A stretch of 63,755 nucleotides of DNA, the filler included, from Chrysochromulina tobinii (lineage: Eukaryota): NCBI GenBank assembly GCA_001275005.1. It is 5 parts of 5 records of this genome, joined end to end, with 100 filler letters (N's around TTAATTAATTAA, not from the genome) between each part and the next. Parts side by side here need not be neighbours in the genome. Positions count along the whole stretch, not along the records: positions 1 to 23,956 come from JWZX01000208.1; 4 more parts are not named here. One strand, 5' to 3'. The translations under genes were made by a program, and so were the position numbers. This document shows positions 9,508 through 22,790 of the stretch, piece by piece. The number at the start of each line of letters is the position of its first letter. The stretch's first letter is position 1. The notes beneath the pieces were generated by a model. That model had not been told where the DNA came from, ran no database searches, and worked only from the letters and a program-made list of their open reading frames with translations.

Positions 9508-12500
9508 TCATCGTCCACCTGCGTTAGCGTAGTAGCGCTCCGTTGTAGGCCATGCGCCTCGCAGCACGGTCTTTCCTTCTCCCACGCCCACGGGCAGGGC
9601 GGCTGTGTGGTGGCCTGCTTGGGGGGACGTATCGATGGTCCGTTTCTCGGCCAGCACGACCTTATCCACACCGAGCTTGCTGACCAGCTGCTCGACCCTT
9701 GCGAGCCGCTGTCCTTCGTTACCCACGTCGAAAGGATTGCGCGGCGGGCTTCGCGATGACGCTTTTGGCATCCAGACGCTCGCCTGCTGCACGCCCGCGT
9801 GCGTTGAAGCATAGGCAGCCTGCTTGCTCTTGAGTATTGCCTCATGATTCTTGATTCTATTTCGCGTGGCCAGATCCTGCCCGGCGGGAATCGCCGGATC
9901 GTAGTGTGTGAGCGGGTCAAAACCCTCCGCCAATTCGCCCAAATGTCTGTGCTCCCAATGGATACGCCCGATCTCGATCGGGTTTGTCCACGTCTCTGGC
10001 CCAGTGTCCTGCATGAAGTTGTTCATGGCGTGCGGGTGCTGCCCACGATAGAAGTTGCTGTGCATTTTCCCACCCAGGGACGCACCCACGTGCTCCATGG
10101 GCAGCCTGGCCGCCGCCCTGGCAAGCGCGAGCTCGTCCGGGTTGCTCGCTGTGTGGGTTTGCCGAAGTTCGAAATGTTTCAAAACATCTGAAACTGAAAA
10201 CCGTTCACATCATCAAGCTCAAGCCTCCCCCACGGCCGATGCCACGCGCTCCACGTCCTAATGTTATTCGGCCCGCAGTTGGCGCGTCGCGATCCTGGGC
10301 TGAGTTGAGCACCAATATGCCGGTTCGCGTGTTGTCCATCGCCTCGTGCCGCTCGTTCGCCGTGAGCCGATCGAGGTACTGTGCCTTGATCTGATCGCGC
10401 GTGAGCGGCGGTGGCGACGGCGGTGACTCGGCGGTACTTACGGGCGATGCGGAACCCGCCTGGGCAGCGGGCGGCGCCGGTGCCGATGCGGGCGCTGCGG
10501 TCGGTGCGGCGAGCGCAGCGATCTGCAGCTCCTGCTTGGCAGCGGCGACAACTTCCTCCAACTGCGCCGCACTGAGGCGAGGCCCCGCCTGCGCCTCTCT
10601 GAGGACCTCTAGCGCCGCCACGGCCTCAAGACCGGGGGTCGCGAGCCGCAGGGCCCGTGTGGCCACCTCGAGCGCGCGCGGCAGACGGCTCGCCTCCTCG
10701 GCCGCCTCGGCTTCGGCCACTGCCTGCTGCTGCGCCTCGAGCGCCGCACGCCGCTGCAAGCGCCGCTCGCTCGCCTCGCGGGCCCCGCGCCGATGCTCGG
10801 CCGCCGCCGCCTCGGTCGCAAGTCGCAACTCGCTTGGCGGCTTCTCACCGCGCCGCTGCGCTAGGGTCGCATCGAAGGCGGCAGAGAAGCGAGCCCGGCC
10901 GTCGTGCGCGGCGCTCGCCTTCGCGACCTTGGCCTCATACTCATGGAGCACCACGCACGCGCGCTCGCGCCCGTCGGAAGGTGTGGCCAGCCACTGTGGA
11001 GCTTGCCGGCGGGCACCCCTGCCACCGCAACCCCTCCCATGGCCAGACCGCCGTGTGGAATCAGGCGATTGGGCGGCGGCGCCATTCATCTCGGCGAGCG
11101 CACCCGTCGGCTTCTGGGCGGGCGAGGCGACCGAGCGAAGCCGCCGGCCAAGCAGCTCGAGACAGCGCGCAATCTCGCGCGACAGCTCAGCTGACGAACC
11201 AGCCGCGTCGGCAGCGCCCAGCGAGGCACCAGGGGGCGAGGGTGGATGGGCAGCGGAGTCGCTGGCGGTCTCATCATCGCGTTCGCTATCCCCGTCGCCA
11301 ACCGTCGGAGGTAAGCCGCCCTCGCCAGCCCCCTCGCCAGCCCCGTCGCCAGCACCATCGCCCGCCGCCTCGCCCGAGGCTCGGCGCAGCTCGCGGATGG
11401 TCTCTCGTAACCGAACTGTCGCCTGCTGCCTCGGTCCGAGCGTAGGTGGGGGCAGCTCAGCGAGCGTGCACACGGCGGCGAGCATCTGGCGTGTCTGGCT
11501 GATGGCCGCGAGCCGCCCCGCCTCCGCCGCATCCGCGCGCCGCCGCTGCTCGTCCAGCTGCCGCTCGAGCGCGCGCAGCGTCGAGCGCGCGCCACTGCCG
11601 CCCGCCGCGAGCTGCGCCACCAAACCGTGGCGCTCGAGTTGCGCGCCCAGCGAGGCCGCCGATGCTTCGGCGGCCTGCGCGCGCTCGAGCAACACCTCCC
11701 GCTCGTGCGCATGCTCGGCTGCCGCCCGCAATGCCGCCTCCTCCGCCTCGAGGCGCGCCATGCGTTCACGCTCCGCTTCCGATGCCATCGCCGACACGCT
11801 CGAACTGGGTGCCACCCGCACGGCTGGCGGCTCCCACGGTACGTCAAAGTCCATGCAGCGACGGCCGTACGGATCATCGGCCGGCGGCACGAGTGGCTCG
11901 AGCTGATCGGGCCGCGACGGCGGCTCGCCGCTAGCGCTGCTGCTGCTCGCGGTCTCCGTGAACGAGCCAGGCAGCCACGAGCTTCCAAGACAGCCGCCGC
12001 ACTTGTCGCCGCCTCCAGCCACCGTCTCGCCGCGCGCGCGGCGCAGCGCGGCCTCGGCCGCAGCGGTGCGCGCCGCGCGGTTGGCAGCACGCTTGCGCTC
12101 CACCTCGAGCGCGGCCTTGAGCTCGGCAATCTCCTTTTCGTACCGCTGCTGCTCGCGGGTGCGCGTCACGTTGAGGTTCGTCACTTGACCGGCCGTCTCC
12201 TCACGCACCTGGCCCGACTCGCGCATGATCGAGGTGAGCCGTTCGAGCTCAGTCGTGCGCCGCTGCAACTCCGAACGCAGCTCCTGCTGTGACGCAAGCA
12301 GCGCCTGCCGCTCCCTCGCGCCGCTGCTCAGACGCTTCTCGAGGTTCGCGCACTCGGCCTGCGCGGCGTTCGCCGCCTTCTTCTCGACGTCGACGCGGTC
12401 GCGCAGGACAGTGACAGTGCGCTGCAGACCGGCGACCGAGATGCATGTCGCATCAGACGAGCCCGGCGCGCCCTGCAGTAAGCGTAGCTGCGATGCGACC

Positions 12501-12646
12501 TGCTGCGCGGAGGAGCTCGACTCGCGCAGCTGCCGCCGCAGCTGCCCATTGAGCGCGACCTGCTCATCCAGCTTGAGCTGCAGCCGCTCCGCGCGCTCCT
12601 CCGCTCGCTCCGCGGCGGCGGCCGCTTCTCGGTACAGGTCACTCAT
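9508..12646 (-). CDS. Coiled-coil protein of unknown function, probably two exons (12646 to ~10255 and 10187 to 9508)
   Basis: 813-aa ORF with coiled-coil segments, then a 224-aa ORF preceded by an acceptor-like TTTCAGTTTCAG at ~10188. The exact donor is uncertain. Confidence 0.55.
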
Positions 12647-13174
12647 TTACTCTGAGTGCCGCACCCAGCTGTCCTGGCCAACCGCCATGACTGGAGTCGC
12701 AGGAATACACATCGGCCCGGCCGTGAATAATGGAGTTTACCCGCTCTACAACACACGCGTAGCTCGCATACTCATCCGCGCATGCAACTTCAAGAATATA
12801 CACCGCGTACGCAACTCTCGCGTGTCGCGACATGCTTGCGCGCCGCGCGGCGCGTGCGTGTGTGCGGGTGTGCGCGCGCGCCTTTCTCTCTCTCACTCCG
12901 AGTCTCTGTGATCTCTTCGTCTCTTTCAGAGCGACGTCTCAGAGAGTATCTCTCCGCGCCGTTAGAGTATCTCGGCTCACTCTCTCTTGAAGTCTCTGTT
13001 TCCAATCCGCCGCCGCCATTCAGACTCTCTCGTAGCCTTTCTCCTCAACATGAACCATGCCGCAGTGGCGCTGCGCGACCACAGTCGCAACGCACCATGC
13101 GCATGTCGTATTTCGCCATGGAACGGCCTGCTCAGCCTCTCTTGCCTGGCCTGCCACGACACCACGCACGCACC

Positions 13175-14038
13175 TCAATCGAGGAATAGGACTGTGACGA
13201 GGAGGCTCATGGCCTTGGCCTCCTCGATCGTCTCCCGCAGCGTTTTTGAGTCGTGGAAGGCGAAGACGATGAGCTGGTCACCCTTGGAGAGGAGCTCCGA
13301 GTTGCAGATGCGCGAGGCCGCGTCGAGCGGCAACAGGTCATGCCCGAGCTCGATGACGTTCTGCACCTGCCCGAGAAGCTCGCGGATCTCGCGCGGTTGT
13401 CGCGCGATCGTCTGCGGCAGGATGACGGTGAGCAGCTCGCCGTTCTGAGCGCGGAGCGCGCCTCGAATGGCCGCAGCGTGCGTGCCGGTCGCGCCCGAAG
13501 TGAAGATATGGTTCTCCGAGAGCACGAGCGCATACGAGAGCAGCTCGATGATCTGCTGATGCAGGAACGAGCAGTGGCGCGTGCCGAGGATGACGATCTT
13601 CTTCGGCGTGCCCTGCTGGATCGACTCGAGCTGCTTGAGGATCGTGCTCACCGAGAAGTCGCTGTCCTCAAGCACTGCCGTGCTGCCGCCGCGGTCAAAG
13701 GAGGGCCTGCTGCTCAACGCACCATCGTCGCGCGTGTCCCCCTGCATGATGCTCAGCGCGGGCGGCTCATCGACCGCGCGCCCAGGGTCGACGACGCACA
13801 TGCTCACGCTTGCAGGCCGACCTCGCGCGCCGCGCACCATCTCGCTGAACGTCACATCGGCCAAGGAGGGGGCGGAGGAGGTCCGCAGCCACGTGGGCAG
13901 CTGCTGCTGAGGGTGCGGCGATGGCGAGCACGGGCGCCGCGAAGCCATCCCGGGCGCCCACTGCGCCGCCCATGAAGCGTGCGCCACGCTGAAGCCGCAG
14001 CCCGCTTGCGCGATCACAACAATCAACAAAACCCTCAT
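13175..14038 (-). CDS. Plastid-targeted cyanobacterial-type DprA/SLOG-like protein (DNA recombination-mediator A-like)
   Basis: Signal peptide MRVLLIVVIAQAGCG-F plus transit peptide. The C-terminal domain IQQGTPKKIVILGTRH...SYALVLSENHIFTSGATGT...LTVILPQ...FAFHDS...LVTVLFLD matches a conserved cyanobacterial/plant family as I recall it. Confidence 0.8.
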   Translation of the reverse strand: MRVLLIVVIAQAGCGFSVAHASWAAQWAPGMASRRPCSPSPHPQQQLPTWLRTSSAPSLADVTFSEMVRGARGRPASVSMCVVDPGRAVDEPPALSIMQGDTRDDGALSSRPSFDRGGSTAVLEDSDFSVSTILKQLESIQQGTPKKIVILGTRHCSFLHQQIIELLSYALVLSENHIFTSGATGTHAAAIRGALRAQNGELLTVILPQTIARQPREIRELLGQVQNVIELGHDLLPLDAASRICNSELLSKGDQLIVFAFHDSKTLRETIEEAKAMSLLVTVLFLD

Positions 14039-14177
14039 GTGGGCTCGCGCCGCACGCAATCAACGGTGTTTGTGAATATGAAACAACTGATCCGGAGACG
14101 CGTACGCCTCTGTCTTAAGTTTCAAGCTTAGTTTCATGTGATTTCTCAGTGTAGTTCCCGGCGAAGAGAAGAGAGCG

Positions 14178-17100
14178 ATGGCGATGGCGGGGACAACCGC
14201 GCCCCAATATCCGCCGCTGCCTTCGCCGACAGGCACTTCAGCCAGCGAGTGGGAGGTCCACCCGCCCTCGCTGCTCCAACAAGTGACGCGCCAATGCGAA
14301 GAGCGCTTACCAGCGGCACAGCGCACGCCGCTGTTGCTAGTGCGCCTGTCTTTGCTGCTTCAGGACGCTGTCGAGGCTGCCTGCATGTGTGCTCGCGCGC
14401 ACATCGACGCACCGCAGCTCGGCAAGCACCTTCTCTCGTCGGAGACATACCAGGCCTTTCAGGCAGCCCTCAAGGACGAGTCGGGAGCAGACAAGCCCTC
14501 AGGCGTACACGCTCAGGCGTATGCAGCAGCAGTGCTCAGTGTTGTTGGCGAGGTGCGTGCTGTGCACTGCACGACGACGGAGCCCCCATCCTTCGACAGG
14601 ACTGACGTGCGCGCCCGCGCTCACACCCGATGCTGATGGCAGGTACACGCGTCCAGCCTTGGTGCCGTATTGCAGCACCTGTGCTCCACCGTGATCGATG
14701 CGATCAGCCAGATGCCGCCGGCGCCGCGCCCAGCTTGGACCTCGCACGCAGCAGCCGAGGCATCCAGCGCAGAGGCTGGCGCGAGCGCAAGCCAGCCGTC
14801 GCCGCCATCAGCGACGACGGTCGCGGCCGTCGCGGCCGCAAGTGGCCGGCCATCGGCCGGCGACGCGGCCGCAGCAGCCATCGCAATAGATTCAGCCGAG
14901 TTGCTGAGCATTGATCGCGCTCTAGTAACGTTGCCAGAGCTGCGACAGACGTGCAACGCCATCGAACTGCTGCGCAGCGCCGCGCGCGAAGGGCCACCCA
15001 TTCACGAGTGGAAGCTGAGCGGTTTTGCGTCTCAGGGCCCTGCCAAGGTCGCCTCGCCACCGTTTGAGCTCTACGGCCGCCGCTGGTCGCTGCTGCTGCA
15101 TCCGCGCGGCTGCGGCGCCAACGCGCAGGGCACTCACATCTCTGCGTACCTGCGGCTCGAGCACGGGCCCGCGTGCGACGCGCGCGTGCGACTCGCGGTG
15201 CGCAATCAGCACTCGCCCACGCTCTCGACCTTCAACAAGCCGTGGCAGTGGCGCTTCGACTCCAACGGCAAGAACCGTGGAGTCTCTTCGCTGCTGCCGC
15301 TCTCATCGGCCAATGTGGACGCGGGCTTCGTCGTGGACGATACACTCGTGCTGCAGCTCTGGCTGCGGCCGCTCGGTGTCGCTGAGTCGCGCTGCCTGCC
15401 GCCGGGCGCCGAGGACGGACTGCCCGCGGGCGACACGCTCCAGCCCGCGGCACGCCGCCATTTCCACGCCAAATTGTTGCACCACGTGTGGCTCTCCAAC
15501 AGCCAGGCCCTTGCTCCCGCGGGCAGCCCTGCTCCAGCCGCATCAGGCTGTGCCAAACTTTCGAGCGGTGCCGCAGGGGGCAGCGCGGTGCCCGCCTCTG
15601 CAGCGAGTGGCAGTGCCGCCGCCGCGCACTCGGGTGCGGAGGAGGTGATCCGAGTGCTCGAGCAGCTCGCCCCGAGCTGGTGCTCCGAAGACCCCAGCTG
15701 GGCGACAGAGCGCCATCGGCTGCAGCTGCTCGCGCTCAACGCGGCGGCGGCGGATGGGCACAAGGAGACGCTAGTCGCGCTGCTTGACAGCGGCTGGATG
15801 CACCCGGTGCAGCTCTACCTGACCAACCTACCCGCCGCGTACGCGCGCTACGCGGGGCCGTACGAGCAGGTGGCCTCACCGCGCCGCTTTTCGTACGGCA
15901 GGCCTGTCTACCGCTCAGGCCATTGCTACCTGTTTTACGCCGAGGAACGCGTCGGCGAGCGTGATGGCGGCGTTGCGCAGTGGGTGGTCGGGCGCGAGGA
16001 GGATCTCGGCTGCACCAACGGCTGGATGTTCGTCGACGACGACGCCGTCTCACCCGAGCTCATTATTGGCGAGTGGCAGATTTGGGAGGGGGATGACCAG
16101 CAGCAGCACAAGGCCAGCAGCAGTGCCAGCAGCGCCAGCAGCGGTGTCAACGGCGCCGACGGTCACGATAGTGCCTGGCGCGCGTGCCCAGCGGTGCGCG
16201 TGGTGCCGGCGGCGCCTTTTTTGGTCGTGGGCCATTCGCTCACGCCCTTGCATTACGCCGCGTGGGGAGGGCAGCTCGAGTGCACGAGCATCGCTCTCAA
16301 ACCATGCAAGCCGTTTGCGCCCAACCCGGTGCCCCCGAAGCTCGATCGGCGCGGCGCTGCCGCGCGCAGCTCAGTGTTGCCGCCGCCCGCGCTGCCTTCC
16401 CTGCCGAGTCCATGCAGTGCGGAGGGCGGCGCCGAGGCCGACTCGCCTCTGCTTCTTGCGGCGCGCGGCACAGCTGGCGCGGCACCCGTAGTGCAGCTGC
16501 TTGCGGCAGAGGGCTTCTGCGACTACCGTGCGCTTGGCGCGGCAGCGACACACACGGTGCGCATCGGGCTGCTCGAGGCGGCGCTGCTGCGCCATCCATC
16601 TTTCATGTCGCTCGTGCAGGACCCCTTTGCGCAGCTCGCGCGTGCCGTCGAGCGCTTTCCCAAGCCGCTCGGCGCGGCGCTCTCCAACCTGCTCGGCTGG
16701 TTCTCTTGCTCGCTCTACCGCGACGGGAGCACCGTTGGCCCTTTTGGCTCACTCTCGGCGCCCTGCCAGGAGGCGGTCCTCTGGCGCGTGGCCGAGGCGG
16801 TGCTCATTCCGCCTGGCTCCACTGGGAGCACGGCGCCGCTGCACCTGTGTGCGCTCAATGAGTCGTGCCTGTGGGAGTGGCTCGCGCAGTGGGACCTGAT
16901 GATGCGCATGTCCGACAAGCTCGAGTCGCTGTTATGCGAGGGCATGGACGACGCCGACGGCGAGGCGGCCGAGGGCGTGTACCGCAACCTCGCGCTACGG
17001 TACGCGGCGCAGCTCGAGGAGTGCTGCCAGCTGCTCTACGGAGACGAGGTGGCCGCCGAGCTCGGTATCCAGTCGGATGGCGTCTCGGTCGAGCGCTGGT

Positions 17101-20100
17101 CGTGCGGTGGGCAGTTCTTGGTGGACGTCATCGGCCGGTGGGTCTTCGGACCCTCGTTTTGGATCAAGGAGCACCTGTGGCGGCTGCCCGATGGGCCGTC
17201 GCGCTGGGAGGCGTACCGCGGGTACCACAACCAGCTGCGCGGCACTGAGCTCTTGTTGCCTGCCTCGTACATGAGCGTGGATCCTTGGCTTCTCTCCCTC
17301 GGATGCTTCCGAGGCTCCAGCGCCGCCTCGGGTCGCGAGTCGACGATGATCCGCTACTGTCTCGAGCTGATGCAGTCGCACGCCCGTCATCTCGAGGGGG
17401 CGGAGCCGGATGAGTCGTCCAAGTCAGGCAAGAGCCGCGCCGAGATGTCGCTGCTCGAGGCATGGAAGGCAAAGTGCCCGTACATCAACGCGCTCGACCT
17501 CAAGCGTGGCAAGAACCGTCCCCTCTACTCGTACATGAGCTCGGTGATCACCGAGGGCATCCATGCCGAGCCGTCCACATCGACTGCGAGCTTGCCGACT
17601 GCGCACGAGCGCGAGGCGGTCGCGTCCGCGGACACGGCCGAGATGGTCAAATGGTGGCGCACGCTTTCGGTGCCGCAGCGGCAGCGCCTGCTCGGCTTCC
17701 CGGTCATCGACCTCGAGCGGCTTGTGTGGCTGACGCCCATCTGGGAGGTACTGCTGCACAAGCTACCCGAGCTCATCGCGGGAGAGGCCTCGGCCTCGCA
17801 GCGCGTCGCTTGCGTCAACGGGCAGGTGCAGCTCGGGCCAGCGCTCGTGTCCGCGCCCGAGGCGGCGATCCAGGCGATGCAGCAGGCTCGTTCGCGCGAG
17901 CTGGAGTGGACGACCGAAGCGGGCGAAGGCATCGAGGCGGCCAAGCAACGGATGCTCGAACAGCTCGCGCTCTCGATGCTCCAGCAGCGCATGCTCGACT
18001 GCCACAAGCGCGACTCTCAAGAGGAGGACGCCGAGCGGATGGCTCAGCTTCTCATCGCCGAGGAGGAGGAGTCCAAGGCGCGGCTCGCCACGAAGGCCAA
18101 GCGCAACGCCAAGAAGAAGAAGAAGAAGAAGGGCAAAAAAGGCGACGACGACGAGGACGACGACGACGCCGAGGGCGAAGGCGACGATGGAGCGGAGGAA
18201 CCGGCTGCTGCCACTGCCTCTGGTGGCGCGGCCACTATGGCTGTTAGCGCTGCCGCCGAGTCCGCCGCAGCGGAGAAGGCCAAGGCAGCAGCGGCTGAGA
18301 AGAAGAAGGCGGAGGCCGAGGCGGAGGCCGAGGCAAAGATGAAGGCTGAGGCGGCCGCGCGGGCGGCGGAGCAGGCGGCGGAGCGCGCGAAGCTGGCGGC
18401 GCAGGAGGCGGCGGCGGAGCAGAAGGCGGCGGCGGAGCGACTGGCTGCTGCAAAGGCCGAGAAGGCAGCGAAGCAAGCCGCGCAAGCAGCTGCAAAGAGC
18501 GCCGCCGCGAGTACCGGTGGCGCAAAAGCCGGTACCGCCGCCTCAACGCTCACTGCGAGCACGTCGCCGCCGCCAGCGGCGGCCAAGAAAGGCAGTGCCG
18601 ATGTCTCGAACGAGCCGTGGCAGGCTGTGGGTAAAGCGGCCAAGGGCTCTTCCAAATCGGGCAAGGCGTCCAGCCTCACGGCCAGCGTCACGGCCAGCGG
18701 CACCGCCGCAGTTGGCGCGGGCGCCAGGGCTGGCGGCAACGGCACGGGGAGCAGCTCGCCGGCGGCCACTGCGCCTGTGCACATCGACCCAGCGATGGTG
18801 TCTCTGCTCAAGGAGATGACCGGCGCGGCGCCCAAAAAGTGTGAGGATGCGCTGAGGCTGCACAATGGCAATGCCGACTCGGCGGCGCTCTGGCTGTTGA
18901 GCGAGGCACCACCGCCGCCGGGCGGCGTCCCTCCTACCCCAGAGAGCGCGCCTGCTCGGGCGGAGGCCGTGTCACCGGCCGCGCCTAATCTGCCGGTGGC
19001 CGAGGCGCGCGCCGCGTCGGGCGCTGGTGCTGCGCGCCGTGACGGTGGCCGCGGCGGCTCCCCCGACCTGCGCATCGACGGAATCTCAGTCACGGCCTCC
19101 TCGTTCGGCTCGGCCACTTTCGGCGGCGCGGTGAGGCCCACCGATGGGCTCCTGCTCGACCTTCGAGCTGTCGACGGCGCAACGGGCGGCGCCAAGCCTA
19201 CCGGTAGCATTCCACAGAGCAGCAGTGGCACGCTGCCGTCTGTCGCTGTGAATGTTCACACGCTGCCGTCTGTCACCTCCTCGGGAGGTTTGTCGCCCTC
19301 GGCCGCGCCCCCCACGAGCGCCTTTCCCGCCGGCGCCCCATCGGCGCTGGCGGCATGGCCGCCGACGCGCGTGGCGAACTTGGCGCTCGTGGCGGAGAGC
19401 GGCGGGTTTGATGGGGCCGAACTCATGGGGGTTGTGCGCGACACGCCGCCAGGCAAGCCGTACGGCTTCATCTCGGTGTGGCACCACAACGTGACCGTCT
19501 TCTACCACTACAACGACGTAGTGCCGTCGGCCAAGGAGCTCGTCAAGCGGCACACGGCCGTCGCCTTCTCGGTGGCCTCGTGGTCGCAGGGCTTCAAGGC
19601 GGAGAAGGTGCGTCCACTCACGCCCCTGGAGCAGCGTGTGGGCGCCAAGGACGGGCGGCTCGGCATGCTTCGCGCCAACGTCAAGAAGTGGTCGGCTTCG
19701 ACGGGTGAGGGGCTGCTCCAGCTGTGCGCGCAACCGTGCTCACTGCCCTTCACGGCCACGGGCGCCCTCGCCGCGCGCCTCGCCGTCGGCTCGGCCCTCG
19801 TCTGCAAGATCGACGGCAAGGGCAAGGACCTCGTCGCCTGCATGCTCCAGCTGGCTGGCCCTGTGGGCGCCGACCCTGGCTCGCCGAGCAAGGCGGAGAC
19901 GGCGCAGGCCGCACAGGGGCTTCCACAGGGGCTTCCCTCTCCCTCGTCGGTGCCGTCTCCTAAGCAGGCCTCCCTCCCTCCCTCCCCCACGCGCGGCGCG
20001 CCAGCGCCTGCGAGCCCTGCGAACCTCTCCGCGGCCGGTGGGCGCACCCTCTCGACGGAACTCTCGTCCAGCGACGATGCGGGCGCGCCTATGCCACAGC

Positions 20101-21122
20101 CCGCGCTGTCGCCCTCAATCGGCACGCTGCCAGCGTCTGTGATGGGGCACGAGGCGGTGGGCGCGGCCTTCGAGAAGCTTGAAGAGCTCTCGCGTGCCAC
20201 GGCCGAGCTGTCCGCACGCGAGATGGCATCAACCTTTGGGCGCGCCCAAGCCGTGCAGGCCGCGCAGGCCGCCGCTTCTGCCAGTGCCGCCGATGACGAG
20301 GACGACGCTGCCGCTGGTGCGGTGCCGTCGCTCGCGTGGCCCATCTTGCCGCCGGCGCTGCAGGACGCGCTGCCCGCCTCGCCTGCCTTGCCCCCAGGCA
20401 TGTTGCAGCCCGTGGGCGGTCCCGCCCCGCTGCATGGCGGCAGCAGTGGCGCCCTGGGTGCCGGCGGTGGCGCGGGCGACGCGCTGTCTCAGCCGCTCTT
20501 CCCAAGCATCGGCAGCCTCGGCGGCAGCGGCCTCTGTGGCGGTGGCCTGGGTAAGGGTGCGCTCGGCAGCGGCGCGCTCGGTGCTGGCGGTCGGATGGGC
20601 GTCGCAGGCGATTGCGGAGGCTGGGGCACGTCTTCGTCCTTTGGAGCAGGTCCCTTCGGGGCTGGAGCGCCACCAAACGTGCCGCTCAACGCGACGCAGC
20701 TGCCCGCCGTCTCGGCGCGCTCGCTCTCGTCGCCCGTTCCGATGGTACCCTCCTTCTTCCCACAGGCGCCTAGCTGGGGTGCGGGCGGCGGGGGCGGCGG
20801 CAGCGGCTGGGGAGGCAGCGGCGCGGACGGCTGGGGCATGCCGCCGCGAGGCGCCCACCCCTCGAACGGAGTGCCCTTCGTACAGCAAGCTGCCATGTTG
20901 GCGCAGCAGGCCGCGCTGGCACAGCGCGCCGCAGCGCACGCGGCCGCTGGCGCTGGGGGGATGTCCAGTCAGCTCGGGCAACACCCGACGCTCCCGCCGC
21001 CGCCCCAGCTGCCGCATCCGAGCGGCACGGATGCGAGCTGGGCAGCCAGCCGCGGGCCTCCGCTCGTCGCTGAGGCCAACCGCGGCAAGTCACTTGGCAA
21101 TGGTGGCTACTCACTATTCTGA
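14178..21122 (+). CDS. Large multidomain protein: MATH, ankyrin-like, coiled coil, UBA-like, cold-shock/OB-like (exons 14178-14552, 14643-21122)
   Basis: Phase-0 intron GTGCGT...GGCAG (14553-14642) joins the two ORFs. MATH (HEWKLSGF...SPPFELYGRRWSLLLHPRG...GFVVDDTL); TPLHYAAWGG; VSLLKEMTGAAPKKCEDALRLHNGNADSAALWL; KPYGFI...VFYHYNDV. Confidence 0.8.
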
Positions 21123-21431
21123 AGTGGGGCCCGTGGCGACGGCACTTTTGGGCGATGCCACTACGATGCCACGACTCTAACTCACTGAGAGTTCTATCGA
21201 TATCATTCGTTTGACGCCCGATCGTGTACGTGTAAAACGGAGTATGAACGACCCCGGGGCGGAACAAGTATCAAGCAGTACCAGTAAGCCGGACACGAGC
21301 GCAGCGGTCCGCGCGGTATCCGTTGCATCGCCTTTCGGTTTCGCGCCGGACGTGGGCGGCGGTGCACGGCATGAAAACGCTCTCAGAGGCGAGCTTCTCT
21401 TTTCCTAATATTTTCCGGCGCGTGTCGCTCG

Positions 21432-22790
21432 TTACAACATGCCCCGTTGCCTCGCTCCCTGACGATCCTCATATTGCGGCTCCCTCGGCACGCACGGCAT
21501 CGGCGACGGCCCCGCGTCAACAACATCAACACCGGCTGCACCTGTGGTACTGGCGCCTGAGGAGCACAGCAACCGCGCCGCACATTGCGATGCGCGCATC
21601 GCCGGCTGACCAGCCGGCCGCTCCCAGCACACTCGCCACGAGCCACAACGGTGTGCCCCAGGCGCGCGCCTCTCCACGAGCGCCGCCAGGCGCCCAAGCT
21701 CGGACGCGGCCGCAGAGCCCTGGACCGGCCTATCACGGCACGGCCAAACGTCATCATCGGGACATTCGTCGGCATGGAACGACTCTTGCTCGAAGAGCCA
21801 TTCCTTGGTGAGGCCATAGCACTTGGGCCTATGGCGCCCTTTGGTGTTGCCCACCGCGGAGGCGTCTCCTATGTGCCAGAAGAGTGTGTGACGAAAGGCC
21901 ATCATATGCCGTCGCCCAAAGTAGCGCCGACCGCCAGCGTACTTTCCGCGTAGCCAGCGATACGAGAGATGATCGACGGGCGCATCGGGCTGCTTGTTCT
22001 CCGTCTCCGCGGCAGGGTCGCGCAGGAAGGACGCGAGTGCGGGCACGTCGGCAGCAGGCAGCAGCAGCCCATTGAGACCATACGAGAACCTCAGCGCGCT
22101 AAAGGCTGGCTGGTAGACGCTCGCTTTTCGGACGAGGTAGCGAATGGCTTCGAGACCACCCTCGCATAGTAGCCAATCATCTTCAAGAAGCACGTAGTAG
22201 CGATTCGCGTAGGGCGCGAGCGCGGTCAGCGTGCGCACGACGTCGCGCGTCTGCCGGAGGCGAAGCTTTCCCGAATGACTCGGATCGACGCTGGAGCTGC
22301 TTGCGGTCTCGACATCGCCACGCACGAAAATGACATCCTTGCGAGTGGCGAGGGCCCGTCGGGCCTTGTCGAACGGCGTTAGTGTATGGCTATCATGACG
22401 AGCGTGCACCTCATACACTGCTATGCACACACGAAGGTCAACCGCAGCACCCGCGTCAATCTGGCACAGCAGCGAGGTCAGTGTGAGATTGAGATAATCG
22501 GCCCCGCCCGGCCGCACGACCGTCGGAATGCCAAACAGCAACTCGCAGACGCCCGGCTCTGGCGCGGCACTCCGAGCCAAGTGCGCCGGCGGTAGCACAG
22601 GTGGTGACAACTCTCCAATCTCTGCAGGCAGCGGTGCAGTGATACGAGATGTCTGCTTCCCTTCAACCAGCGCCTCGAGGTTATTAGTGGTGCGACGCGT
22701 GTGCCGGTGTGCTGCGTACTGCGTCTTTTTCACTTGGACTGCGACCAGCCAGAGAGCCGCCATGGCGACCACGCACCATCGCGCCGTCAT
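21432..22790 (-). CDS. MGAT4/GT54-like N-acetylglucosaminyltransferase (type II membrane)
   Basis: N-terminal anchor; LLFGIPTVVRPGGADYLNLTLTSL, YYVLLEDD (DxD-like), LFWHIG motifs. Confidence 0.75.
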   Translation of the reverse strand: MTARWCVVAMAALWLVAVQVKKTQYAAHRHTRRTTNNLEALVEGKQTSRITAPLPAEIGELSPPVLPPAHLARSAAPEPGVCELLFGIPTVVRPGGADYLNLTLTSLLCQIDAGAAVDLRVCIAVYEVHARHDSHTLTPFDKARRALATRKDVIFVRGDVETASSSSVDPSHSGKLRLRQTRDVVRTLTALAPYANRYYVLLEDDWLLCEGGLEAIRYLVRKASVYQPAFSALRFSYGLNGLLLPAADVPALASFLRDPAAETENKQPDAPVDHLSYRWLRGKYAGGRRYFGRRHMMAFRHTLFWHIGDASAVGNTKGRHRPKCYGLTKEWLFEQESFHADECPDDDVWPCRDRPVQGSAAASELGRLAALVERRAPGAHRCGSWRVCWERPAGQPAMRASQCAARLLCSSGASTTGAAGVDVVDAGPSPMPCVPREPQYEDRQGARQRGML

